Shown here: positions 9,690 to 20,284 of the stretch, piece by piece
How the letters are laid out: each line of letters starts with the position of its first letter
How positions within the stretch are numbered: the stretch's first letter is position 1
Source of the DNA: Candidatus Omnitrophota bacterium
GTDB taxonomy: Bacteria > Omnitrophota > Gorgyraeia > JAHIPI01
Reading direction: 5' to 3'
Assembly (NCBI GenBank): GCA_016931215.1
Contig: JAFGFD010000051.1
Coordinates: forward strand, 1-45,370
DNA length: 45,370 nt
The notes under the pieces: model-generated
What the model was told of the DNA's origin: nothing
What the model saw: the letters and a program-made list of their open reading frames with translations, nothing else
Database searches by the model: none
Position numbers and translations under genes: made by a program

Positions 9690-9770
9690 ACAAAAAATTT
9701 GTTTAACGGCAACGACTTTGGAAAACCGACTGTTGTAACCCGTTATGCTCGACCTCTTCGGTAGCGCACT

Positions 9771-11231
9771 TTATATGTTGAATGCGATTCTCTTGCCAGC
9801 CTCCAGCATCTTGAGAGCCGTACTATCGGAACTCGCCTCGGAATAAATTCTCAATATCGGCTCTGTCCCGGAAAGCCGCAAGAGAAGCCAGCTACCGTCA
9901 TCCAATAGCATCTTGACTCCATCATAAGACTCTATCTTGACTACCTTCTTTCCCATTATCTTTTCGGGCGGGTTCGCTTCCAACGTCTTCACCAGTCTCG
10001 GCTTCAGGCGATCCGGATATCTGATGCCTATCTTTTTGTAATTGAACGACCCGTATTCTTTTTCGATATCCTCAAGTATTTTGGTAAGCGATTTTTTTCT
10101 ATGGGCCATCATCTCCAATATAAGGAGGCCTGAAAGAATACCGTCCCTCTCGGGGATGTAGTTCTTAAAACCGACGCCTCCTGCCTCTTCTCCCCCCATC
10201 AGGATATCTCTGGTCCTCATGAGATCGCAGATATATTTAAATCCAACGGGCGTCTCATGCATCTTAAGGCCGTATTTCTCGCATACCTTATCTATGAGTT
10301 TGGTACCGCAAATGGTCTGGACGACCTCCCCGGCCATCTTCCTGTCTTCAAAAAGATGAAGCAGTAACAGCGTCAACACTTTATGTCCCGTTAAGAGATT
10401 TCCGCCCGGGGCAATGATGCCGATCCTGTCGACGTCGCCGTCCGTGACCAATCCCACGTCGAAGGCGCCCTTCTTTACCATCTCGATACTCATCTGAACG
10501 TTCTTCGCTATTGGCTCGGGATTTACCCCGCCGAAATAAGCGTCTCGCTCGGAGCGTATAGTCTTAACTTTATTTTTTGTCTTCTTCAGGAGGTCCTCAA
10601 TATATGTACCTGCACAACCATGCATGTCATCCACAAGCACTTTAAATCCCTTTTGTTTTAAGACGCGCCAGTTCAGGTAGGCGGATACATATTTAAGATA
10701 GCGCGGTAACACGTTTTCGCAACTGTACAATTTACTCTTGAGAAAAACGCTCGTTGCTATCCTCTTAGGTGTCCTCTTGTACAGCCTCTTCTCGATCTTT
10801 GAAATAATGGAAGGGTCGGCGCTTCCGGAATAGAATGCCTTGTATTTTATGCCGTTATAATAAGGCGGGTTGTGGCTGGCGGTTATCATGACACCGCCGT
10901 TCAGTCTTTTATCCTTGATGGCATAAGAGACCGATGGGGTGGGCGAAGGTCTGTCCGTAAGTATGGCACTTATACCGTTGGCTACCATATTCTTCGCGAC
11001 TACCTCGGCATATTTCTCGGACATGAAACGCGAATCATATCCGACTATTATCCTGATCTTTCCTTTTTTATAGGTGTCCTTCAGATAATCGCTTATCGCC
11101 TGTGCCACTATCCTTACATTGTCGAATGTAAAATCGTCGCTAATAATAGCGCGCCATCCGTCAGTTCCAAACTTAATCTTATCCACTTTATCTCTCCCGA
11201 TTTTTTGTTGATTATCTTTTAATTTTCCCAT
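9771..11231 (-). CDS. phosphoglucomutase/phosphomannomutase family protein
   Basis: 486 aa with FGTDGWR, the phosphoserine loop TASHNPPYYNGIK, the metal loop DGDVDR and the sugar loop GGEEAGG. Its start overlaps the rpe stop by 13 nt. Confidence 0.9.
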   Translation of the reverse strand: MGKLKDNQQKIGRDKVDKIKFGTDGWRAIISDDFTFDNVRIVAQAISDYLKDTYKKGKIRIIVGYDSRFMSEKYAEVVAKNMVANGISAILTDRPSPTPSVSYAIKDKRLNGGVMITASHNPPYYNGIKYKAFYSGSADPSIISKIEKRLYKRTPKRIATSVFLKSKLYSCENVLPRYLKYVSAYLNWRVLKQKGFKVLVDDMHGCAGTYIEDLLKKTKNKVKTIRSERDAYFGGVNPEPIAKNVQMSIEMVKKGAFDVGLVTDGDVDRIGIIAPGGNLLTGHKVLTLLLLHLFEDRKMAGEVVQTICGTKLIDKVCEKYGLKMHETPVGFKYICDLMRTRDILMGGEEAGGVGFKNYIPERDGILSGLLILEMMAHRKKSLTKILEDIEKEYGSFNYKKIGIRYPDRLKPRLVKTLEANPPEKIMGKKVVKIESYDGVKMLLDDGSWLLLRLSGTEPILRIYSEASSDSTALKMLEAGKRIAFNI

Positions 11232-11866
11232 GTTCCCTTCATGCTTTTTATGGTACTTCTTAAATCTTTCGACTTATAGACTGATGTCCCCGCGACCAGT
11301 ATATTTGCCCCGGCTTCTATAACCAGAGGCGCTGTATCTTCATCTATGCCTCCGTCCACCTGGATATCTCCCGAATATATCTTTCTCAAGTTCCTGATCT
11401 TCGGCAGCATATCTGCCATGAACGCCTGACCGCCAAAACCCGGCTCTACGGTCATAATGAGAACCATGTCTATGTCCTTGAGGTATCTCTTTATCGGGGC
11501 AATCCCTGTCTTTGGTTTTATAGAGACGCCTGCCTTGACGCCCCTCGATTTTATATTCGTTATAACCTTGCCGAGTCTCTTTTCGCTTTCGGCATGAACC
11601 GTTATAATATCGCTTCCTGCATCGATGAACGAACCCGCATGCTTTAACGGGTCCGAGATCATAAGATGGACGTCCAATGGCAATTTTGTCACTTTGCGTA
11701 TATCCCTGACCACTGCGGATCCTATTGTGATATTAGGAACAAAGTGGCCGTCCATCACGTCAACATGGATCATATCGGCCCCGGCCTCTTCCGCTCTTTT
11801 AATTTCGTTTCCCAGAGCGCTAAAATCCGCGGCAAGTATTGAAGGGGCTATCAGTATCTTTTTCAT
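11219..11866 (-). CDS. rpe: ribulose-phosphate 3-epimerase
   Basis: 215 aa with IAPSILAADF, HVDVMDGHFVPN and VEPGFGGQ.F motifs. Confidence 0.95.
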   Translation of the reverse strand: MKKILIAPSILAADFSALGNEIKRAEEAGADMIHVDVMDGHFVPNITIGSAVVRDIRKVTKLPLDVHLMISDPLKHAGSFIDAGSDIITVHAESEKRLGKVITNIKSRGVKAGVSIKPKTGIAPIKRYLKDIDMVLIMTVEPGFGGQAFMADMLPKIRNLRKIYSGDIQVDGGIDEDTAPLVIEAGANILVAGTSVYKSKDLRSTIKSMKGTWEN

Positions 11867-11898
11867 ACATCTCTCCGTATATTTTTTACCATTAATAC

Positions 11899-12960
11899 TT
11901 AGTGCCTGTGGGCCAAAAGAGAATAGACTCTTCCTATATCCTCCAATGTGATTATACCGTAAATTAAAGAGCCTTTCGCTACCGGAAGCGCCCTCGTTCC
12001 CTTCTCTTCCATTATCCTCTGCACGATAACAAGTTTGTCTTCGGGGCTTACGGCGGGCAGGTCCTTTCTCATGATATTTTCTATGGTCTCGTTGGGTCCG
12101 GTGGCGTGCAAGGATCTTATGATATCCTGGCGCGTTACAAATCCGACAAGCAAACCTCCCTCAACTACGGGGAAATCTTCCTGATGCGTATGAAAGACCA
12201 GCTCAAATACCTTTGAAAGCGGTGTCTCCTTATTCAGGGTCGTATATTGTGGATTCAATATATCCTTAACCAGAAAATCCTTTAAAGTCTCTTTTATGTT
12301 GACGTGGCTCTCTTCCGCGGAAGCAGCCATATATACGAATATCGCTATGAAGATCAAAAGCGGATTGTCATGCGCAAAGCCTAAATATCCGAAAACGATG
12401 GCAAAGATATGCCCTATATTGACCGCTATCCTCGTTGCTTTTCTATAATCGATCTTCGTCGCTAAAAGGGACCTAAGGACCCTGCCACCATCCATAGGAA
12501 AAGCCGGCAGTAGGTTGAATATTGCCAGCGTTATGTTTATCCAAGGCACCAAAGCGATCGTATGCAGCCAAGTATTACCAAGTGTCGGACGAAAGAGTAT
12601 GCTCTCGGGCATCCATGGGGCGTAATAAAACACAAATATCAAAACAGCGGCCAGAACTATATTGAATAAAGGCCCTGCTATCGAAATCAGGAATTCCTGC
12701 TTTGGGTTATCCGGCATCTTGTTCATGCTCGCGACCCCGCCTATCGGCAGAAGAGTTATGTCCTTGACCTTTATCCCAAAGCTCATGGCGACCAAAGAAT
12801 GCGTCAATTCGTGCATCGTCACGCAGATAAACACTATGAGGACAAGGACCATCGATTTTATCCCACCCATAACCAGAAAAAAAAGCGGCAACAGGAAGAA
12901 CGTAAGGTGAATCTTTACCGATATTCCGAATATATTGAACAATTTTATAGAACTCTTCAT
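11899..12960 (-). CDS. M50 site-2 protease family protein with C-terminal CBS pair
   Basis: Carries the HELTHSL zinc motif in a TM segment and NLLPAFPMDGGRVL. The C-terminal ~120 aa look like tandem CBS domains. Confidence 0.85.
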   Translation of the reverse strand: MKSSIKLFNIFGISVKIHLTFFLLPLFFLVMGGIKSMVLVLIVFICVTMHELTHSLVAMSFGIKVKDITLLPIGGVASMNKMPDNPKQEFLISIAGPLFNIVLAAVLIFVFYYAPWMPESILFRPTLGNTWLHTIALVPWINITLAIFNLLPAFPMDGGRVLRSLLATKIDYRKATRIAVNIGHIFAIVFGYLGFAHDNPLLIFIAIFVYMAASAEESHVNIKETLKDFLVKDILNPQYTTLNKETPLSKVFELVFHTHQEDFPVVEGGLLVGFVTRQDIIRSLHATGPNETIENIMRKDLPAVSPEDKLVIVQRIMEEKGTRALPVAKGSLIYGIITLEDIGRVYSLLAHRH

Positions 12961-14234
12961 AGATTGCGTATGCTCTCTTCTATTTTTTCCTTCTTTGCCT
13001 CGTCGATAGGGCCCACTATTCCTATATTAAGATTATCACTCTTGAATACTTTCTTGGAAAGCTCCGATAGGTCATCTTGCGAAACCCTGTCTATCTTTTC
13101 GAGAATCTTCGCTATATCCAACGGCTCGTCATCCGTTACCACCTTTCTGCCGAGCCAAAGCATATGCGAAAGAGTGTCTTCGAGAATAAAAGATAGATGC
13201 CCCCTATAATACTCCTTAGCCCTTTCAAATTCATTTTTCGCAACTACCTTCTTCTTTATTTTGACCAATTCTTTTAAGGCAAGGCTTATAAAATCTACTA
13301 TCTTGCCGTTGTCTACACCCGCGTCAATAACCATATAACCGCCATCGTTGAAATAAGATGCGTGGGAACTTATGGCATATGCCAGGCCCCTCTTTTCCCT
13401 GAGCTCGTGAAACAGCCTCGAAGACATATTCGCCCCCAAGATAACATTCAGAATATCCATTGCGTATCTTGAAGGGTTGCGCCTTGATATACCGTGAAAT
13501 CCCAGGGCCACGTGAGTCTGTTCGGTATCTTTCGTAAATATTTTGCTCTTAGGGGCGTCCTGAGTTATCTTTATGGCCTCGTAGGGGCAAGACTTCCCTA
13601 CCCTCCTTTTGGAAAATAACTTACTACAAGATGAGATAAGTAAGCGCCAGTCGATATCCCCGCACGCAACTACAGTTATGTTAGACGGTACGTATTCCTT
13701 ATCCTTGTAATTCAATAAATCACTGCGCGACAGGGCATTTATTATTTCGTATGTCCCTATGAGCGGTATCCCCAACGTATGGTCGGGCCACAAAAGTTCA
13801 GCCAGGAGGTCCTGGACATACTGATCCGGTTGGTCCTTATACATCTTGATCTCTTCAAGTATTACCATCCTCTCCTTAAAGATATCTCTGGAATCGAACC
13901 TGGCATTTAGAACCATGTCTGACAATATTTCAACGCCCAAGTTCTGATATTTAGCCGGCACCTTGACCAGATAACAGGTCAACTCTTCGCTCGTAAATGC
14001 ATTAAGAGAACCTCCTATGCCTTCTATGGAGTTTTTAATCTTTGCGGCGCTTCTGGTGGAAGTGCCCTTAAATAAAAGATGCTCGATAAAATGGCTGATG
14101 CCTCTCTTTTCGATATCCTCATGCCGGCCGCCGGTCGCTATCCATATACCGAGGGCTACGGATTTCATGTTGGGCATATTATGAGCGATCACCCTTAACC
14201 CATTATTCAATGTATGAGTGTTGTATCTATGCAT
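12957..14234 (-). CDS. M16 (pitrilysin/insulinase) family zinc peptidase
   Basis: 425 aa with the inverted zinc motif HFIEH (HxxEH) near the N-terminus and the two-domain M16 length. Its stop has a 4-nt overlap with the downstream gene. Confidence 0.85.
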   Translation of the reverse strand: MHRYNTHTLNNGLRVIAHNMPNMKSVALGIWIATGGRHEDIEKRGISHFIEHLLFKGTSTRSAAKIKNSIEGIGGSLNAFTSEELTCYLVKVPAKYQNLGVEILSDMVLNARFDSRDIFKERMVILEEIKMYKDQPDQYVQDLLAELLWPDHTLGIPLIGTYEIINALSRSDLLNYKDKEYVPSNITVVACGDIDWRLLISSCSKLFSKRRVGKSCPYEAIKITQDAPKSKIFTKDTEQTHVALGFHGISRRNPSRYAMDILNVILGANMSSRLFHELREKRGLAYAISSHASYFNDGGYMVIDAGVDNGKIVDFISLALKELVKIKKKVVAKNEFERAKEYYRGHLSFILEDTLSHMLWLGRKVVTDDEPLDIAKILEKIDRVSQDDLSELSKKVFKSDNLNIGIVGPIDEAKKEKIEESIRNL

Positions 14235-14240
14235 ATACGA

Positions 14241-14660
14241 CTATATCCTTTTGTCCAGAGAATCCAAATAGCTTTGAAGGATCAACTGGGCCGCCATCTT
14301 ATCATCCAAGCGCTTCCTCTTCATCCTGCTGACGTCTGCGATCAGAAGAAGGCGCTTCGCTTCCGCTGTAGTCAGCCTCTCGTCCCATAGCTCCACGGGA
14401 ATATTGGATTGCCGCCTCAAGACCTCCGCAAATAGTGAGGCATCTTCCGCTTTCGGCCCTTTGGTCCCGTTCATGTTAAGCGGCAACCCGACTACTATTT
14501 TTGAGACTTTCATCTCTTTTATAATTTCGAGTATGGCATTTATCTCGCCTTTTTTATCGTCCCGCGCCAGCGTCCTGAGACCTTGCGCAGTTATGCCGAG
14601 AGCGTCACTTACCGCAACGCCTATCTTCTTTTCGCCTACATCTAAGCCCAATATCCTCAT
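14241..14660 (-). CDS. ruvX: putative Holliday junction resolvase / pre-16S rRNA nuclease YqgF
   Basis: The canonical start MRILGLDVGEKKIGVAVSD lies at 14660, in a 4-nt overlap with the upstream stop. The 26-aa basic extension in the longest ORF is unlikely to be translated. Confidence 0.85.
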   Translation of the reverse strand: MRILGLDVGEKKIGVAVSDALGITAQGLRTLARDDKKGEINAILEIIKEMKVSKIVVGLPLNMNGTKGPKAEDASLFAEVLRRQSNIPVELWDERLTTAEAKRLLLIADVSRMKRKRLDDKMAAQLILQSYLDSLDKRI

Positions 14661-15739
14661 AGGAACTTCTGGTGTTCTATATTGCCTTTTAGTCTTTTCA
14701 CCAAAAGCTTGACGTCTTCGGTCCTTCTTCTGTCGCATACCAGAACGGCGTCCTCTGAAATAACTATCGCCAGGTTATTCAACCCGATTGCGCCGGTCAT
14801 TGTCTTCTCGGTGGAATATATAAGGCAATTTTCCGTATCGATGGTCGCGCAACTCCCTAAAACAGCGTTGCCGCGTTTGTCTTTAGGCAAAATGGCGTAC
14901 AGACTGTCGAAGCTCCCTACATCACTCCATCCAAAATCGGATGGCACGACCCTTGTGTTACTATATCTCTCCATGAGCGCATAATCCAAAGAGTCCCCTT
15001 CAATATTTTTGTATAAGGTATTGAGTCTTTTATCGAAGATTCTTTTTTCCCGAATATCAGGCAATGAGTTCAGGCCTCTGTATAACCTTGGCACATGTAT
15101 ACGCAAGGCATCAAGAAGCACGGATGTCTTGAAGACAAATATGCCGCTATTCCATAGAAATCTATTACTTTTCAACATGGCCTTCGCTTTCCCGACGGTT
15201 GGTTTTTCCACGAATCTCAAGACCTTATACGAGCTGTCCGCGGGGATCTTATAGACCTTGTCGACAACGCCGATGTAGCCGTAAGAACTCCTTGGAGAAT
15301 CAGGTTTTATGCCCATGGTTATTATTGCCCTTCTATCACGGGCCTCCTTCACTGCGATACCTATTGATCGATAAAAACGCTTATTGTCGAGCACGATATG
15401 ATCGCTCGGCATCGCAACAAGCACCGCGTCTCTATCTTCTCTATGTGCTAGCAAGGCCGCCAGGCCTATCGCCGGCGCGGTATTTCTTCCGAACGGCTCT
15501 ACGATAAGTCTCCTTTTGCCCATACGCCTGACGTCCCGAGGGGCGTTGCCAATGCTTTCTTTATTCGTTACGATAAAGACATTGCCCGAGGCAATCCGCT
15601 TTGCGCGCCTGACAGCGTCCTCGACTATGCTCCTTTTGCCTATAATTCTTAAATTCTGCTTTGGGCAGACAACCCGGCTCTTGGGCCATAATCGTTCGCC
15701 TCTGCCTCCTGCCAAGATGGCAACATATGTCTTTCCCAT
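14657..15739 (-). CDS. mannose-1-phosphate guanylyltransferase-like nucleotidyltransferase (no PMI/cupin domain)
   Basis: 360 aa with the N-terminal AILAGGRGERLWP nucleotidyl-transferase loop. The layout matches short GDP-mannose pyrophosphorylases. Confidence 0.8.
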   Translation of the reverse strand: MGKTYVAILAGGRGERLWPKSRVVCPKQNLRIIGKRSIVEDAVRRAKRIASGNVFIVTNKESIGNAPRDVRRMGKRRLIVEPFGRNTAPAIGLAALLAHREDRDAVLVAMPSDHIVLDNKRFYRSIGIAVKEARDRRAIITMGIKPDSPRSSYGYIGVVDKVYKIPADSSYKVLRFVEKPTVGKAKAMLKSNRFLWNSGIFVFKTSVLLDALRIHVPRLYRGLNSLPDIREKRIFDKRLNTLYKNIEGDSLDYALMERYSNTRVVPSDFGWSDVGSFDSLYAILPKDKRGNAVLGSCATIDTENCLIYSTEKTMTGAIGLNNLAIVISEDAVLVCDRRRTEDVKLLVKRLKGNIEHQKFL

Positions 15740-15751
15740 AGTCCACCTGTA

Positions 15752-15773
15752 AAAAAATGGTGACGGTCACCTC
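15752..15773 (-). terminator. weak terminator-like hairpin after trpA
   Basis: Minus-strand RNA reads GGUGA-CCG-UCACC, only a 5-bp stem, followed by AUUUUUUUA. It lies immediately before the next SD (AGGUGG). Marginal. Confidence 0.25.
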
Positions 15774-15820
15774 TCATCATATATGACACAAAAAATCGCG
15801 ACAATCACCATTTGTATGAG

Positions 15821-16645
15821 CTACGTTAAATCGAAACGTCTCTTAATGAACCCGCCGACTCTCTGTCCAAGATCCTTGCGGGTCTCATTCTTTCGTATAA
15901 AATCCACTACTGCGCTGCCTACTATGACGCCGTCCGCAATCGAGTTTATCTCCCTCTGCTGCACAGCGTTTGATACGCCAAAGCCGACACATACCGGCTT
16001 GGCGGTGAACTCCTTTATCTTCTTAATGTGAGCCGCTATATCGGCGGGTAATACCTTCCTTGCGCCGGTTACGCCCGTCAAAGAAACATAATATATGAAC
16101 CCCTGCGACCGCTTTGCTATTATCTTTAAACGCTCCACCGTGCTGGTCGGAGAAGCGAGAAATATTACCGAAAATTTCATATTGTTGGAATATCGCACAA
16201 TATCCTCTGCTTCATCCGGCGGAAGATCGGGAAAGATTACGCCGTCTACGCCGCATGAAACAGCGTCCTTCACGAACTTATCCATCCCGTAATGGTAGAC
16301 CGGATTGAGATAGCTCATCAAAACTATGGGGATGTCACTTTTGCTCCTAATAGACTTTACGCGCTTCAGGATCCCCGTCAGGTTTGCGCCTCTCTCAAGG
16401 GCCTTTTCTGAAGATTTCTGTATAGTCAGCCCGTCTGCCATAGGATCGGAAAAAGGCACGCCAAGCTCAACTATGTCGACACCCGCACTCTCCAATGCCA
16501 ATACGATGTCCTCGGTCATTTTAAGCGAAGGGTAACCGGCGGTTATGTACGTAATAAACGCTCTTTTCCTTTTTTTCCTCAATTCTAGAAATTTTTTTTC
16601 TATTCTGTTCATAAAATTTATATCTTCTTTTAGGCCATAGTCCAT
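15821..16645 (-). CDS. trpA: tryptophan synthase alpha chain
   Basis: 274 aa with AGVDIVELGVPFSDPMADG, the YxNP loop and GFGV motifs. It follows trpB. Confidence 0.95.
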   Translation of the reverse strand: MDYGLKEDINFMNRIEKKFLELRKKRKRAFITYITAGYPSLKMTEDIVLALESAGVDIVELGVPFSDPMADGLTIQKSSEKALERGANLTGILKRVKSIRSKSDIPIVLMSYLNPVYHYGMDKFVKDAVSCGVDGVIFPDLPPDEAEDIVRYSNNMKFSVIFLASPTSTVERLKIIAKRSQGFIYYVSLTGVTGARKVLPADIAAHIKKIKEFTAKPVCVGFGVSNAVQQREINSIADGVIVGSAVVDFIRKNETRKDLGQRVGGFIKRRFDLT

Positions 16646-16671
16646 AGTCTATCGTCTATAGACCACAGACT
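16630..16671 (-). repeat. six-unit 7-nt periodic array spanning the trpB-trpA spacer and the trpA start codon
   Basis: mRNA sense reads AGUCUGU GGUCUAU AGACGAU AGACUAU GGACUAU GGCCUAA. The AUG of trpA lies across the unit 4/5 boundary, and it contains the palindrome GGTCTATAGAC. Confidence 0.8.
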
Positions 16672-16674
16672 ATT

Positions 16675-17853
16675 TCAAAACTTAAAATATTCCTTAACGA
16701 TATCGATGTCTTTGTCGCCTCTTCCCGAAAGACATACGATGATACTATCTTTCTTGCTCAGTTTGGGAGCGATTTTAGAGGCGTAATAAATAGCGTGCGC
16801 CGGCTCCAACGCCGGTATAATGCCTTCCATTTCCGAAAGCATCTTAAATCCCGAAAGGGCCTCCCTGTCATTGACGGCAACGTATTCCGCTCGCTTTGTG
16901 TTCATATAATACGTATGCTCGGGCCCTACTCCCGGATAATCCAAACCCGCGCTTACGGAATGCGTGGTCTCGATCTGTCCGTCATTATCCTGAAGCACCG
17001 CGCTCTTAGAGCCGTGAAGTATTCCGATCTTTCCCTTCAAAAGACTTGCCGCATGAGATCCTGAAGAGAGCCCCAAACCGCCTGCCTCCACGCCGATAAA
17101 TGAAACCTTGTCCTTGTAGAAAGGATAAAAAAGCCCTATTGAGTTGCTTCCGCCTCCGACGCAAGCGATAAGACAACGAGGTAGTTTTCCTTCGACATCG
17201 ATTATCTGTCGCCTCGCCTCTCTGCCTATTACGGACTGAAAGTCCCTCACCATCATCGGATAAGGATGAGGACCTACTACCGAACCGAGTACATAATGCG
17301 TAGTATTTATATTCGTAACCCAATCTCTCAGTGTCTCATTTATAGCGTCCTTCAATGTCTTCGAACCGCTAGAAACGGGTATGACCTGAGCTCCCAAAAG
17401 ACGCATCCTGAAGACGTTTATAGCCTGTCTGCGTATATCCTCCTCGCCCATATAAACTGAACACTTGCATCCGAAAAGGGCGGCTGCCGTCGCGGTTGCG
17501 ACACCATGTTGGCCCGCTCCGGTTTCCGCTATTATTCGATACTTCTTCATGCGTAGCGCCAGCAGCAATTGGCCGATCGTATTGTTTATCTTATGAGCGC
17601 CCGTATGTAAAAGATCTTCCCGCTTTAGATATATCTTAGCGCCTCCGAATCTCTTCGTAAGGTTACGGGCGTAGAAAAGAGGGGTCGGTCTACCTGCGTA
17701 TTCCTTGAGATAATATTCCATCTCTTTTCTGAATGATTTCTCCTTCTTGGCCGACATATATTCCTTTTCAAGGTACTGCAAAGCGGACATTAACGTCTCC
17801 GGGACGAACCTGCCTCCGAATTTTCCGAAATATCCCTTTCTATTTGGTATCAT
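16675..17853 (-). CDS. trpB: tryptophan synthase beta chain
   Basis: 392 aa with the PLP-lysine region [15 protein letters not shown] and GGGSN. Confidence 0.97.
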   Translation of the reverse strand: MIPNRKGYFGKFGGRFVPETLMSALQYLEKEYMSAKKEKSFRKEMEYYLKEYAGRPTPLFYARNLTKRFGGAKIYLKREDLLHTGAHKINNTIGQLLLALRMKKYRIIAETGAGQHGVATATAAALFGCKCSVYMGEEDIRRQAINVFRMRLLGAQVIPVSSGSKTLKDAINETLRDWVTNINTTHYVLGSVVGPHPYPMMVRDFQSVIGREARRQIIDVEGKLPRCLIACVGGGSNSIGLFYPFYKDKVSFIGVEAGGLGLSSGSHAASLLKGKIGILHGSKSAVLQDNDGQIETTHSVSAGLDYPGVGPEHTYYMNTKRAEYVAVNDREALSGFKMLSEMEGIIPALEPAHAIYYASKIAPKLSKKDSIIVCLSGRGDKDIDIVKEYFKF

Positions 17854-17863
17854 ATCTTCCCCA

Positions 17864-20251
17864 TCAATTTATAAGTAACTCCTGCATGCCGCCGGATAGA
17901 TCGAAAGCCAATTTAAGAAGCCCGTCTTTATGCTTAAATGAAAGCTCTCTGCCGTCTAAAAGAATATTGCCCGGCTTTCTCGTCTCAATCGCCAATTCCG
18001 CCCTGCCGCCGGCTACGCCGTGAAGCAACAGGCGAATTTGCCTGTCTTCGCATCGAGCCTCCAATATCTCAGCGGTTGAATATCTGATCTTCACACGCTG
18101 CGACAAAGGTACGTTAAGAGGCAGTATACAGGCGTTTCTGTTCGCCAAAAGAATCTTGCCTTCCTGCGGAATAGTAACGGATTTATTCAATCCCGGTATC
18201 CTTAGCGACAGCGTGGCCTCCCTGGGCTCGTCGTTGAAATTGCAGACCGTTAAAAAACCGTATTTCCTGTTCGATCTCATCACAACATGCACGTCCTGGG
18301 GCGAAACCTTTATCTTAGGCTCGATATTCAACATCTGCATGAAATGGCCCATAAGGATGATATGATAATCGAGCGTATGCATAACTCCGAATCCCAGCAA
18401 CAGCAGTTTCCCCTTTTTAACCTTCTTCAATATGCCGCACGGTTTTTTATCGCGTGTCCTGGCAACTACCCGCCTCTTTTTTGAATCGAAAACTTTGATT
18501 TCTCCTTCAACGAAATAGTCCTTGCCGGTAACATATACCAAATTGTCCCTTATGGTCTCCGTAACATTTACCTCGAATTCCTTCAGAAATGCCTCATCCC
18601 TCAAAAGACCCATGTTTTTTGTGGGTACTGTGGGACTCATGATGAGCGTCCCGCCGGATCTTACATAATCGACCAATTTGAGTTGCGTAGGTTTGTCCAT
18701 ATAGTCCAGGCTAAATACCCACATTGCAGGTATCTCCCTAAGATCTTTATCTTTAATGCGTTCTATATCTACCAGACGATAGTTAAAACCATTCAACAGC
18801 AGTAATCTTGCCATGCCGTCAAAGAAAAATTTATCCCTGGAAACCGTCATATTTTCGACTATGGAACCTTGTAGATAACTGGTCTCGTAATAAGGCAAAT
18901 ATAAGCCTATCGCAAAATCATAATCTTTCTTTGTATCAGCCAACAAGTCGCCGTAAGACGAGATAATCTTGCCTACATCTTCAATGGGTTTTACTTTCGA
19001 GCTCTTCCTGCCTTTGGAGTCAATAGGCGCCTGCCACTCGTGGTAACTTCCTCTGAAGCCGAGACCGGGCGGATTGACTCCCCCTGAGAACATATAGGCG
19101 TTGAGGCCGTTTATGCCGTGGCCTATAGCATATCTCGCCAGGAGGTTTATATCGTTTGGGTATATCCTGGGCCTGTCGTTCATCCCTCCTACTTGCATCT
19201 CAGCGCAAAACACGGGAGCCTCTTTATCCTTTATCATCTTGAGGCCTTCGGTCATTATTATAGAATCATGAAAATTTTCAAAATTGAGGTTCCTCATCTG
19301 ATATGCGCCTCCGAATACCACGCCCGGCGTGTATCTTCCAAAATCGCGAAATTGGGCTATATTCATAAGCCCCTGGTTGCCCCTGGCGCAAATGTTGTAA
19401 TCCCAAAACATCGGTATGTTGGCCGCAAAGGGTAATTTGATGTTCGCTTTTTTGGCCTGTAAGTAGAGGAAATTGTAATAACGGGCATAGAAATCTCTAT
19501 AAAATCTGACCCAGTCCCAACACCGTATCACGCCCTCTTCATCCACATCACCCTTCGGCTGTGTTATCTCGGAAAACTTGACGTGATTTGTGTAATATTT
19601 GTCATTGAGCCGCGATAGGTTATTGTCGTAGGACTTTTCCAAAAATTCACCGTACATCTTATTGGTGGCTTCGTTATAATCCGGGCAATTCATCACCCAA
19701 TTCATCATCCCTATTTCGTTGTCCAGTTGGACCATAAGAATCGGCCCGCCCTTATTGAGCTGGTTCTTTTGGACTATGGGCAATATCTTTGAGTACCATT
19801 GCGAGATGTGCTTGACGTAAATAGGGTGCATATATGATACCATGGCCTCGTGAAGAACATTGCCGCCTTTTCTGTTCTTCGAACGAGCCTCTTGGTACTT
19901 CTCCAAAAACCACATGGGCGTACCCTCGCCCTTCATTTCCGCATTTGAGGTAGGGCCGACTCTCGCGATTAAATACAATCCTGTATTCTTGACGAGTTTT
20001 ATGAAGCTATTTAGATCTCTTTCGCGGGAGGTCTTGCCCGTTAAGTCAAAAGTTCCTTCATCGGGCTCGTGCCAACTCCACGGTATGTATGTGCTTATCG
20101 TATTTAATCCCGCCTCCTTAGCCTTTCTCAATCTATCGCTCCATTTGTCCTTGGGCATCCTGAAATAATGTATCTCTCCCGAGTAGATGAGGAAAGGGCG
20201 TCCGTTTAAAATAAACCTTCCGTCTTTCAATTCCACTTTCTGCCTTTTCAT
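17864..20251 (-). CDS. GH35-like glycoside hydrolase (beta-galactosidase / exo-beta-glucosaminidase family), cytoplasmic
   Basis: 795 aa with no signal peptide. It has [31 protein letters not shown] and [14 protein letters not shown], a near match to the GH35 signature GGP[LIVM]2xxQxENE[FY]. There is a good SD (GGGAGAG), and the stop lies 10 nt before the trpB start. Confidence 0.72.
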   Translation of the reverse strand: MKRQKVELKDGRFILNGRPFLIYSGEIHYFRMPKDKWSDRLRKAKEAGLNTISTYIPWSWHEPDEGTFDLTGKTSRERDLNSFIKLVKNTGLYLIARVGPTSNAEMKGEGTPMWFLEKYQEARSKNRKGGNVLHEAMVSYMHPIYVKHISQWYSKILPIVQKNQLNKGGPILMVQLDNEIGMMNWVMNCPDYNEATNKMYGEFLEKSYDNNLSRLNDKYYTNHVKFSEITQPKGDVDEEGVIRCWDWVRFYRDFYARYYNFLYLQAKKANIKLPFAANIPMFWDYNICARGNQGLMNIAQFRDFGRYTPGVVFGGAYQMRNLNFENFHDSIIMTEGLKMIKDKEAPVFCAEMQVGGMNDRPRIYPNDINLLARYAIGHGINGLNAYMFSGGVNPPGLGFRGSYHEWQAPIDSKGRKSSKVKPIEDVGKIISSYGDLLADTKKDYDFAIGLYLPYYETSYLQGSIVENMTVSRDKFFFDGMARLLLLNGFNYRLVDIERIKDKDLREIPAMWVFSLDYMDKPTQLKLVDYVRSGGTLIMSPTVPTKNMGLLRDEAFLKEFEVNVTETIRDNLVYVTGKDYFVEGEIKVFDSKKRRVVARTRDKKPCGILKKVKKGKLLLLGFGVMHTLDYHIILMGHFMQMLNIEPKIKVSPQDVHVVMRSNRKYGFLTVCNFNDEPREATLSLRIPGLNKSVTIPQEGKILLANRNACILPLNVPLSQRVKIRYSTAEILEARCEDRQIRLLLHGVAGGRAELAIETRKPGNILLDGRELSFKHKDGLLKLAFDLSGGMQELLIN

Positions 20252-20284
20252 ATAACTCTCCCTTTATGGCATATAGTTTCTATT

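Noticed and set aside
14661-14738. 26-aa basic N-terminal extension of the RuvX ORF, with similar longest-ORF extensions at 45266-45292 (recA), 1419-1466 (wHTH), 3995-4021 (ABC ATPase) and 42642-42656 (HAMP protein)
   Set aside because: Canonical family N-termini and better SD or overlap contexts occur at the internal starts. The extensions overlap upstream genes or contain the SD itself.
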